Source: Candidatus Omnitrophota bacterium
Lineage (GTDB): Bacteria > Omnitrophota > Gorgyraeia > Aquiviventales > Aquiviventaceae
Length of the DNA stretch: 58,503 nt
Direction: 5' to 3'
Assembly: GCA_016190215.1 (NCBI GenBank)
Contig: JACPRA010000024.1
Location: 1 to 58,503, forward strand
Shown: one piece after another, positions 40,632 through 48,183 of the stretch
Layout: each line of letters starts with the position of its first letter
How positions within the stretch are numbered: the stretch's first letter is position 1
Notes under the pieces: model-generated
What the model saw: the letters and a program-made list of their open reading frames with translations, nothing else
What the model was told of the DNA's origin: nothing
Database searches by the model: none
Program-made: the position numbers and the translations under genes

Positions 40632-40784
40632 TCAGCGAACTCCCTTCTGTGTGGACATGAGCGGTGTCTAGGCTTGCTTCTATGTGTTGAGGTTCTCAAT
40701 CGTCGCGGAGGCGGCGCGGGGACAGCTCAGCATCACGCAGAGTGCGGAGAGTGAAAAGAACGCGATCCGTGTAGCGGGAGGCAT
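40632..40784 (-). pseudogene. Degenerate copy of the N-terminus of the downstream cytochrome
   Basis: MPPATRIAFFSLSALCVMLSCPRAASATIENLNT*KQA* versus ..SAWATIDNLKTYKQAY. Confidence 0.65.
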
Positions 40785-40819
40785 GAAGATTTATATGTAT
40801 TGTAATGTAATCTTCATGC
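40781..40819. promoter_or_regulatory. AT-rich inverted repeat between the hemerythrin gene and the cytochrome operon
   Basis: GCATGAAGATT-N17-AATCTTCATGC. Confidence 0.55.
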
Positions 40820-41488
40820 TTTACAACTGTTTTTCAGCCCAATGTCGTCGGGGCCCAAGAACGCTTCGACCCCGGCCGCGCCCTCCAACCGCCGAAGCAG
40901 CGCCTCCGAGTCCAGCCCGTGGCGCCACGCCACTTCATCCAGGCAATCGCAGCCCTCATACGGCAGGCTGACGAACAGCTCGTCAAACACCGGCCGGGTG
41001 GTGGGAAACGCCCGGACGATCCGATTGACCGTCATCGCCTCATTCAGCGGGATGTCTGACGCCGGCGCGGACATGCCGCCGCTCTCCTTCAGCAACCGTT
41101 CCAGCAACGGAAACAATTCGGCCTCCTCGTCCGCCATATGGCGGCGCAGCCCGTCAATCACCTGGCGGAGCATCGCAGCGAGCTTCGGAAACGGGATAAC
41201 CTCCTCCTGCAGGAACAACCGGTGCAACTCCCGGAGCCGTTCCGGTTCGTCGCGATGCTCCACGTGCGAGCGGTCGAGCGCGGCGCGCTCGCCCGCCGTC
41301 AGCGTGCGGCAGCGAGCTACCAGCTCCTCCTCTCGCCTCAGGTGATCCCGTAATTGGCTGGCTAAAGAATGAACCATTTCGCGCAGGACAAACCACGTCC
41401 CTTCCCCCATCCGCAGGGCGACATCCATGACGTCCAATTTCGAGCGCAGCACCTGATGGTCGCGCCGCAGCCGTTCAATCGGCTCCAT
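40814..41488 (-). CDS. Hemerythrin-domain protein with C-terminal ScdA_N/DUF542-like domain (Ric-like)
   Basis: RRDH..DHLRREE..VEH..RHMADEEAELFP, then MTVNRIVRAFPTTRPVF..GCDCLDEVAWRHGLD. Confidence 0.75.
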   Translation of the reverse strand: MEPIERLRRDHQVLRSKLDVMDVALRMGEGTWFVLREMVHSLASQLRDHLRREEELVARCRTLTAGERAALDRSHVEHRDEPERLRELHRLFLQEEVIPFPKLAAMLRQVIDGLRRHMADEEAELFPLLERLLKESGGMSAPASDIPLNEAMTVNRIVRAFPTTRPVFDELFVSLPYEGCDCLDEVAWRHGLDSEALLRRLEGAAGVEAFLGPDDIGLKNSCKA

Positions 41489-41546
41489 CGGGAGGCTCCT
41501 TCACCTTGATGGCTGACCCAAGGCTAACACGGCACAATTCCGCGCT

Positions 41547-41564
41547 CCATGATGTGGATCATAG
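41547..41564. promoter_or_regulatory. Crp/Fnr-type palindromic site 4
   Basis: CCATGAT-GTGG-ATCATAG; TAGCCT (with extended TGn) lies 20 nt downstream on the minus strand. Confidence 0.78.
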
Positions 41565-41594
41565 AACTCTGAAGATGGAAGGGCGGTGGAAAGA

Positions 41595-42242
41595 TCAGGC
41601 TTCGGCGAGCTGCTCCAGCGCGGCAGGCTGGAGAATAGTCGTCGAACCGCGGGAGGAGGAGAGGATCTTGCGTTTTTTCAGATCGCTCAGCACGCGGATG
41701 GCGGTTTCCACCGTCGTGCCGGCCAATTCGGCCAGTTCGTGCTTGGTTAGGGGGATCGTCGTGCCGAACTTGCCGGACAGCGTCAGCAGCGCTTGCGCGA
41801 GGCGCCGCTCCACCGGATCGTAGAGCATGCAGCTTTTATGCTCCACCTGGCGGAGCCGCTCGCAGAACACGCCCAGCGCGTCCTCGAGGAACGTCGGGTT
41901 GCGCTGCAGGAGATCATGGAACGCGGCGATCGGAATCCGGAGGACGACCGTGTCCGTCGCCGCGATGGCATTGACGGGATAGGGTTGCCGATCCAGCGCG
42001 GGCAGGCAGCAGAAACTTTCGCGCGGCGTCATCACGCAGGTGGTGGCGGCCTGCCCCCCTTCCAAAAACTTCATCAGGTGCACGCGGCCGGTCCTGACGA
42101 CCCACACGGCGTCCGCCGGATCGCCGGCGCGGAAGACGGTTTGCCCCTTGGCAAAACGCTGCTCGCGGGACATGGCGGCGAGCCGCGTCCGTTCAGCCGG
42201 GGTAAGGCGCTTGAAGATCTCAACTCCTTCGAGCATGGGCAT
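41595..42242 (-). CDS. Crp/Fnr-family transcriptional regulator
   Basis: cNMP-binding fold (FAKGQTVFRAGDPADAVWVVRTGRV), VERRLAQALL, HTH LTKHELAELAGTTVETAIRVLSDL. Confidence 0.93.
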   Translation of the reverse strand: MPMLEGVEIFKRLTPAERTRLAAMSREQRFAKGQTVFRAGDPADAVWVVRTGRVHLMKFLEGGQAATTCVMTPRESFCCLPALDRQPYPVNAIAATDTVVLRIPIAAFHDLLQRNPTFLEDALGVFCERLRQVEHKSCMLYDPVERRLAQALLTLSGKFGTTIPLTKHELAELAGTTVETAIRVLSDLKKRKILSSSRGSTTILQPAALEQLAEA

Positions 42243-42547
42243 GCTCCAGCATAGCGTTCCTGATCGAGGCGGTCAAGCCAGCCGGCCACCACCAGGTCCG
42301 AATCCTGCGCGACGATCTCCACCCACCCGGCGCGGCTGAGGGCCTCCACCGCCATCATCACAAAAATGGCGGGATGCTCCAGCTCGCGGATGAGACACCG
42401 CAGGGTGGCCGATCCGTTCGCTTCCACCCACGCCAGGATTTCGCTTTCGACAGACCCCAACTCGCTCACGACCAGCTCGTGCCGCGCCCCGTTCTCGTCC
42501 GCCGCTGTGCCCCGCCGGTTCACGGAGCAGATCAGATCGCTCATCAT
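42074..42547 (-). CDS. Small winged-helix protein (DUF2582-like); reading frame runs into the Crp/Fnr gene
   Basis: ELGSVESEILAWVEANGSATLRCLIREL..VMMAVEALSRAGWVEI fills the pckG-crp gap; 3' end uncertain. Confidence 0.55.
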   Translation of the reverse strand: MMSDLICSVNRRGTAADENGARHELVVSELGSVESEILAWVEANGSATLRCLIRELEHPAIFVMMAVEALSRAGWVEIVAQDSDLVVAGWLDRLDQERYAGACPCSKELRSSSALPRLNGRGSPPCPASSVLPRGKPSSAPAIRRTPCGSSGPAACT

Positions 42548-42646
42548 CGCCGCCCCCCGCGTTGCGCCGGACATCCTGATGCGCCCGCACCGTCTCTCAG
42601 CGCCCGCCCTTGTGACGGAGTCTCGTCCTCCCTCCAATCCCCGCGC

Positions 42647-44404
42647 TTACCCGCTGCCTTTCAACCGATCCATCAACGCCTGCTGTTCTTCGCGAAGCGC
42701 GCCTGGAAGCCGCTCGCCGAATTTGGAAAAAAAGTCGGTTTGCCGCCGCGCCGCGTCCCGCCAGGCCGCGACGTCCACGTCCAAGAGCGTCTGAAGCCGC
42801 TCCGGCGGCAGGTCCAAACCCTCGGTGTCCAGCGCAGCCGGGGTGGGCAGGTAGCCGATGGGGGTGGCCGCCGCCTCCGCGCTGCCGTGGCAGCGGTCCA
42901 GAATCCACTTGAGCACCCGCATGTTGTCGCCGAAGCCGGGCCAGAGGCAGGCGCCCCGCGCATCCGTCCGGAACCAATTCACCCGGTAGATCCTCGGCGG
43001 CGACGCCAGCCGCGTCCCCATGTCCAGCCAATGGGCGAAATAGTCGGCCATGTTATAGCCGCAGAACGGCAGCATGGCCATGGGGTCCCGCCGCACCACG
43101 CCGGTGGCGCCGGCGGCGGCCGCCGTCGTTTCGGAGTTGAGCGTGGCCCCCAGGTAGACGCCGTGCCGCCACGTGAAGGCTTCATAGACGAGCGGCACCA
43201 GCGTGGACCGGCGGCACCCGAACAGGATCGCAGAGATCGGCACGCCCTCGGGGTCGTTCCAGGCCGGAGAGGTCACCGGGCACTGCGCTATCGGCGCGGT
43301 GAACCGGGCGTTGGGGTGCGCGGCCTTCTGGCCGCTCGCCGGATCCCAGGGCTTGCCCTGCCAATCCGCCATCCCGCGCACGTCGGCGGGACGATCCAAT
43401 CCTTCCCACCACACGGTCCGGTCGGCGGCCAAAGCCACGTTGGTGAAAATCGTGTTCGTGGCAATCGTCGCCATCATGTTGGGGTTCGTCTTCGCGCTCG
43501 TGCCCGGTGCTACCCCGAAGAACCCGGCTTCCGGGTTGACGGCATAGAGCCGCCCATCGCGCCCGACGCGCAGCCACGCGATGTCATCGCCGACGCACCA
43601 CACTTTGTAGCCGCTGAACCGCCCCGCGGGCTTGAGCATGGCCAGGTTGGTCTTGCCGCACGAGGATGGCAAGGCGCCGGCGACATAGGTGGTCCGCCCG
43701 TGGGGGTCTTCGATCCCCATCACGAACATGTGCTCGGCCAGCCACCCTTCCCGCCGGCCCTGCGCGCCGGCCAGCCGCAGCGCCACGCACTTTTTGCTCA
43801 GCAGCGCGTTGCCGCCGTAGCCGGAGTTGATGCTCCAGACGGCGGATTCCTGCGGAAAGTGGCAGATATAGCGCTGCTCCGGATCCAGCGTCCCGGTCGA
43901 ATGGACGCCCTTGAAAAACTCGGCGGAGGCGCCCAACTGCTCCAGGGCGACGGCGCCCATGCGGGTCATCAGGCGCATATTGACGGCGACGTAGACGCTG
44001 TCGGTCAGCTCGAAACCGACGCGGCTGAACGGCGAGCCGGGAGGCCCCAGGAGATACGGCACGACGTACATCGTCCGCCCGCGCATGGCCCCCTGGAACA
44101 GCCGCCGCAGCGTCGCGTGGGCGTCGTCCGGCGCCATCCAGTTGTTCGTCGGCCCGGCATCGTCGCGATGGGGCGTGCAGATGTAGGTGGATTGCTCGGT
44201 CCGCGCGACATCGCGGGGGTGGGAGCGATGCAGGTACGAGCCGGGGTGGCGCTGCGGGTGCAGCGGCAGCAACTGCCCCTGCGCCACGCCCTCAGCCAGC
44301 AACCGCCGGTATTCCTCGTCGGAACCCTGGAGCCACACGACCCGATCCGGCGCGGTCAGCCGCGCGGTGGCGTCAACCCATTGCCGCACTGCGGGATTGT
44401 TCAT
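42647..44404 (-). CDS. pckG: Phosphoenolpyruvate carboxykinase (GTP)
   Basis: DVARTE, SGYGGNALLSKKC, WLAEHM, PSSCGKTNLAM, VGDDIAW, HPNARF, RRDPMAMLPFCGY. Confidence 0.96.
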   Translation of the reverse strand: MNNPAVRQWVDATARLTAPDRVVWLQGSDEEYRRLLAEGVAQGQLLPLHPQRHPGSYLHRSHPRDVARTEQSTYICTPHRDDAGPTNNWMAPDDAHATLRRLFQGAMRGRTMYVVPYLLGPPGSPFSRVGFELTDSVYVAVNMRLMTRMGAVALEQLGASAEFFKGVHSTGTLDPEQRYICHFPQESAVWSINSGYGGNALLSKKCVALRLAGAQGRREGWLAEHMFVMGIEDPHGRTTYVAGALPSSCGKTNLAMLKPAGRFSGYKVWCVGDDIAWLRVGRDGRLYAVNPEAGFFGVAPGTSAKTNPNMMATIATNTIFTNVALAADRTVWWEGLDRPADVRGMADWQGKPWDPASGQKAAHPNARFTAPIAQCPVTSPAWNDPEGVPISAILFGCRRSTLVPLVYEAFTWRHGVYLGATLNSETTAAAAGATGVVRRDPMAMLPFCGYNMADYFAHWLDMGTRLASPPRIYRVNWFRTDARGACLWPGFGDNMRVLKWILDRCHGSAEAAATPIGYLPTPAALDTEGLDLPPERLQTLLDVDVAAWRDAARRQTDFFSKFGERLPGALREEQQALMDRLKGSG

Positions 44405-44436
44405 GCGCTCATTCTAGCACGGAGGCCTGGGGAGTT

Positions 44437-44454
44437 TCATGACGGGCATCATAG
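44437..44454. promoter_or_regulatory. Crp/Fnr-type palindromic site 5 with leaderless promoter
   Basis: TCATGAC-GGGC-ATCATAG; TAGAAT (with extended TGn) 20 nt downstream, then 6 nt to the pckG ATG. Confidence 0.8.
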
Positions 44455-44480
44455 CGCCGGGCGGGGGCGGCGCGGGGGTG

Positions 44481-44720
44481 TTAGCGCGCGGAACAGCGCG
44501 CCGCGCGGCAGCACTCGGCCCCGGCCCCGCAGTTGTCCACGCGGAGGGAGACGACGCACTCGCGGGCGTTGCGGCGCAGGGTCCACGCCGCGCCGCATCG
44601 GCGGCAGCGCCACCGGTTCCCCCGTCCGCGGGTCAGCGCAGAGGCGCAGAACAGGCAAAACCAGGCGGGCGGCCGGGCGCGGCGAGCTCGCCGCGGGCGC
44701 GCGGACGCCGGAGTCGTCAT
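44481..44720 (-). CDS. Small Cys-rich zinc-ribbon-like protein
   Basis: WFCLFCAS..RWRCRRCGAAW plus five more Cys; starts 3 nt after the rfbC stop and fills the gap. Confidence 0.55.
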   Translation of the reverse strand: MTTPASARPRRARRARPPAWFCLFCASALTRGRGNRWRCRRCGAAWTLRRNARECVVSLRVDNCGAGAECCRAARCSAR

Positions 44721-44723
44721 CGC

Positions 44724-45269
44724 TTACGCCGCCAGCGCATCGCGCAGGCGCGGGTGCGCCCGGTCCTTCTCCGACACGACATAGGGCGCGCCGACATCCG
44801 GCCAGGCGATGTTCAGGGTGGGATCGTTCCAGATGATGCCCCGGTCATGCTCGGGAGCATAAGGCCGCGTGACCTTGTAGAGCACCTCGGTATCGTCGCG
44901 CAGCGCCAGGAAGCCGTGCGCGAACCCCGGCGGGACGTACAGCATGCGCATGTTCTCAGCGGAGAGGATCTCGCTCAGCCACTGGCCGAAGGTCGGCGAG
45001 TCCGGGCGGATATCCACCACCACGTCGAAGATGTCGCCCCGGATGGCCCGCACCAGCTTCCCTTGCGCCGCCGGCTCGCGCTGGAAATGCAGCCCGCGGA
45101 GGGCGCCTTTGACCGAGCGGCTGTGATTGTCCTGGACGAACGCGTCCGGGATGCCGGCCGCGGCGAACCGCGCCTGGTTGTAGCTTTCCAAAAAAAACCC
45201 GCGGCCGTCGCGAAACACCTGGGGCGTGATGAGGAGGACTCCGGCAAGCTTGGCGGGTGAAAAGATCAT
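44724..45269 (-). CDS. rfbC: dTDP-4-dehydrorhamnose 3,5-epimerase
   Basis: FRDGRGFFLE, VQDNHSRS, LRGLHFQ, VPPGFAHGF, WNDP. Confidence 0.95.
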   Translation of the reverse strand: MIFSPAKLAGVLLITPQVFRDGRGFFLESYNQARFAAAGIPDAFVQDNHSRSVKGALRGLHFQREPAAQGKLVRAIRGDIFDVVVDIRPDSPTFGQWLSEILSAENMRMLYVPPGFAHGFLALRDDTEVLYKVTRPYAPEHDRGIIWNDPTLNIAWPDVGAPYVVSEKDRAHPRLRDALAA

Positions 45270-45616
45270 GGGCTTAAACGCAATTGGTAGGTTTGCGTGC
45301 CGTCGGTCAGGACCACCTGCTCCGCCGTGATCTCCGTCACGCGAAACCCTTCGATCTCATCCCCGACCGCCACCGCCGTCCCATTGACGACGGCCAGCGG
45401 GCGCGCCGCGTCCAAGAGAATGCCCGACAGGGTGAATCCGAGCGTGCTGTGTTGGGCCGTCGAGGCCTGCGCGAAGGGATCGCGGCGCCAGGAGAGCAAC
45501 TGGGCCCGCTCCAGCTGGGCCGCCCGCAGCTCCTCAGCCGTCTCGGCAGCCCCCGCGGCGAGCAGCGGGGCCGCGGCCAACAACCCCACGGCTATCCAGG
45601 CTGCCGCGCGTCGCAT
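45266..45616 (-). CDS. PilP/GspC-like accessory protein
   Basis: RRDPF..LSGIL..LAVVNG..VGDEIEGFRVTEITAEQVVL; follows pilO. Confidence 0.65.
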   Translation of the reverse strand: MRRAAAWIAVGLLAAAPLLAAGAAETAEELRAAQLERAQLLSWRRDPFAQASTAQHSTLGFTLSGILLDAARPLAVVNGTAVAVGDEIEGFRVTEITAEQVVLTDGTQTYQLRLSP

Positions 45617-45678
45617 TAAGTAGCCGAATACAAGTGTGTTATCAGCCGCATCATGATGACACCCCGTGGTTCGGCATA

Positions 45679-45796
45679 CGGTTTTCGGCTCTCGGTCACG
45701 TCATTCGTGACGGTTGTCGGCTGTCGTGAGACGTCACCTGACGAGAGCCGATGACCGATCACCGTGACGATCGGCGTGACCGATCTTCGACAGCCG
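45679..45796. repeat. Degenerate heptamer repeats in inverted arrangement (intergenic)
   Basis: TCGGCTCTCG 45685-45694 / CGAGAGCCGA 45742-45751; CGGCTGTCG 45718-45726 / CGACAGCCG 45788-45796. Confidence 0.55.
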
Positions 45797-45826
45797 TGGC
45801 CGAGGGAAGCACCGTTGTCCATGTAC

Positions 45827-46456
45827 TTAGGAGCCGCTCCGATCCGGCGACAACGCCTGCACGGCCCCGGCGCTTTCCGTCACGTACACCGACAGCACCA
45901 CGCGCGCTTCCAGTTGCGGGCTGCCGGCCGGAGCGCGCTTGAGCTCCAGCTCCCGCACCGAGGCCAAAAACGGCGCGTCAGGCAACTGGCCGAGAAATTC
46001 TCCGAGGTTCCGATACCGCCCCTGCAGCCGCAGCAGCACCGGCACTTCGCGCAGGGTCAGATCGGCGTTCAAGCGCAGGCGCTCCGGCTCCCGGCCGTCC
46101 ACGCCGGGCTGCATGCCGAGCACCTCCAGCTGCTGCTCCACCGCCTGCTGGTTCAGCGCCTCCAAGATGCGCCCGACAGACTGCTCATCCCCGATGCGGC
46201 TGCGAACCAGCTCATACCGCTCGCGGGTCTTCCGCAGCAGCGCATCTTGCCCTGCCAACTGGTCGCGCACCAGATGGGCGTCCGCCATCTTCACGTCCAG
46301 CTCCCGCAGGCGGGCCGCGCGCTGGCGGATGCCGCCCCAGAGGGGAATGTAGACAAACCGGAGCAGCAGGACCGCCGCCGTCACCCCGGTGGCCGCGACC
46401 AGCAGCAGTTGCTGGCGCGGAGCCAGCCGCTTCCACAGGTCCGCCCCGCGGCTCAT
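45827..46456 (-). CDS. pilO: Type IV pilus assembly protein PilO / GspM-like
   Basis: N-terminal TM, coiled coil, EVPVLLRLQGRYRNLGEFL motif. Confidence 0.78.
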   Translation of the reverse strand: MSRGADLWKRLAPRQQLLLVAATGVTAAVLLLRFVYIPLWGGIRQRAARLRELDVKMADAHLVRDQLAGQDALLRKTRERYELVRSRIGDEQSVGRILEALNQQAVEQQLEVLGMQPGVDGREPERLRLNADLTLREVPVLLRLQGRYRNLGEFLGQLPDAPFLASVRELELKRAPAGSPQLEARVVLSVYVTESAGAVQALSPDRSGS

Positions 46457-48183
46457 TCCAGCCTCCCGGTGATGTCAAACTGGATGCCCGCGCGATCGCC
46501 GCTGCGCGCGTCCGACCGCACCAGCGCCATATCGGAGAAAAACACCGCATCCTCCAGCGCCGTCACGTACTGCGCGATCAGCCCTTGTCCGCCAAACCGG
46601 TTGGAAGAAGACGCGGTGCCTTTGAGCGCCAGGCGCAGCCGCGCCGGACGGCCGGACGCGTCCTCCTTGGTGATCAACAACTCGTCCAATTGAATGCCGC
46701 CGGGGGTGGTTTCCCCAAGCTCTTTGAGCATGCCTTCCCATACGGGTTGGGCGTCCAAAAAGTGCTGGAGCTGTCCGATGGTCCCTTGCAGCGCATTCAC
46801 CGATCCGGACGTCTCGAGATATTGCTGATAAGACGGCTCCACCTGGCGCCAGGCGGATTCCACATGCCGGATCCGCGCGTCCAGCCAACCGGCATACGCA
46901 GCCAAACCCGCCGCCAGCGCCACGGCCGCAATCGTCCCCCAGCGCGCCGCGGCCTTCCCGGCGAGCGGAAACGCCATCCCCTGCGCGGCGGCAGCGGTCC
47001 GCCGCCGGGCGGCGGCCAGCACATTCAAGGCGGCGCCGTGGTTCACGGCCGCACCGATCGCCAGGGTCAGCCGCGGGCCGTCTTCGGCCACCGCCTCCGG
47101 CTCGGCAGACCGGGCGCGGTCCGGCATCCGCGCCAGCACGTTCAACCGCTCGACATTCAACCCCAACCCGCCGCTCAAAAACTCTCCCAACGATTTCAAA
47201 TTCGCCCCACCCCCGCACAGCAAGACGCCGGAGACGCCGGCGGCGTCCAATTGGACTTTATAAAAATCCAGCAGCCTCGCCAGCTCGGTTAGCAATTGCT
47301 CGAGCGCCGGGCGCATCAGGGAGGCTAAATAGACCAGCGGCACGCCGTCCTCGGTCTCGCCTTCCGCCGCGTCCGAAAGGACCCCGTAGCGGCGCTTGAG
47401 CGCCTCCGCTTTGGCGCGGTCAATAGCCACCTTGCCCTGCGCGCACACCGTTTCGCCGATGAGCGCTTCAGTCAGGCTGTCGCTGCCCACGGCCACGCTG
47501 CGCACCAGCCGGATCTGCCCGTCCTTGAGGATGACCACCTGCGTGTCCCACGCCCCGATATCCACGATGGCCACCGAGCCGCGGGTGCTTTGCGGCACGA
47601 ACGCCGTCACGCCTTTCCACAGCGCCACGGTGGCCGGGGTGACGCTGGCCACATGCGCGCCGCAGCGCTGCAGGAACGCCAGCAGCTCGTTGAGGGTCGG
47701 CGTGAACGCCGCGGCGACCAGCACGTCCTGCTTCTTGAGGTCCTTGTCCCAGATCTCGCCCAGCACTTCGACGCTCACCGAAGCTTCCTGGACCGGAAAC
47801 GGCAGATCCTCTTTCACCTGCCACTTCATGGCCTCGTCCAGCTCGGCCTTCGACATGAGCGGAGCCTTCTCGCGCCGGATCGCCACCGCCGTCCCCCCGA
47901 GCACCACATGGATGGGCCCGGCCTTCACTTCCCGCAAGGCCGCCTGCAGCCATTCGGCGCATTCCGGCCGGCGCCACGCGACCTCGGCCTGGGGTGTGTG
48001 CGCCTCGGGCAGCTCCTGGATCAGATACCGGATCAGCCGCATGCCGCCGCCGGAGGGCTCCAGCTCCGCCAGCTTGATGGCCCGGCCGCCGATATCCACC
48101 CCGATCCAGGCCGCCGCCTTGCCCCGGCTGAAGAGCGACGCCGGCCAGGCGCGCAGACGAGAGAGGAAATGAGCGGCTACCAT
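46453..48183 (-). CDS. pilM: PilM actin-like protein fused to a PilN domain
   Basis: IGVDIGGRAIKLAE, VDIGAWDT, LLCGGGANL, then LNVL, TM, coiled coil and WEGMLKEL..TPGGIQLDEL (PilN). Confidence 0.82.
   Translation of the reverse strand: MVAAHFLSRLRAWPASLFSRGKAAAWIGVDIGGRAIKLAELEPSGGGMRLIRYLIQELPEAHTPQAEVAWRRPECAEWLQAALREVKAGPIHVVLGGTAVAIRREKAPLMSKAELDEAMKWQVKEDLPFPVQEASVSVEVLGEIWDKDLKKQDVLVAAAFTPTLNELLAFLQRCGAHVASVTPATVALWKGVTAFVPQSTRGSVAIVDIGAWDTQVVILKDGQIRLVRSVAVGSDSLTEALIGETVCAQGKVAIDRAKAEALKRRYGVLSDAAEGETEDGVPLVYLASLMRPALEQLLTELARLLDFYKVQLDAAGVSGVLLCGGGANLKSLGEFLSGGLGLNVERLNVLARMPDRARSAEPEAVAEDGPRLTLAIGAAVNHGAALNVLAAARRRTAAAAQGMAFPLAGKAAARWGTIAAVALAAGLAAYAGWLDARIRHVESAWRQVEPSYQQYLETSGSVNALQGTIGQLQHFLDAQPVWEGMLKELGETTPGGIQLDELLITKEDASGRPARLRLALKGTASSSNRFGGQGLIAQYVTALEDAVFFSDMALVRSDARSGDRAGIQFDITGRLE

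Noticed and set aside
40668-40682. TAG recoding (pyrrolysine or stop-to-Tyr) in the upstream cytochrome fragment
   Set aside because: TAG acts as a normal stop elsewhere (nirK, ImcH-like, pilB), similarity ends after the second TAG, and a TGA follows
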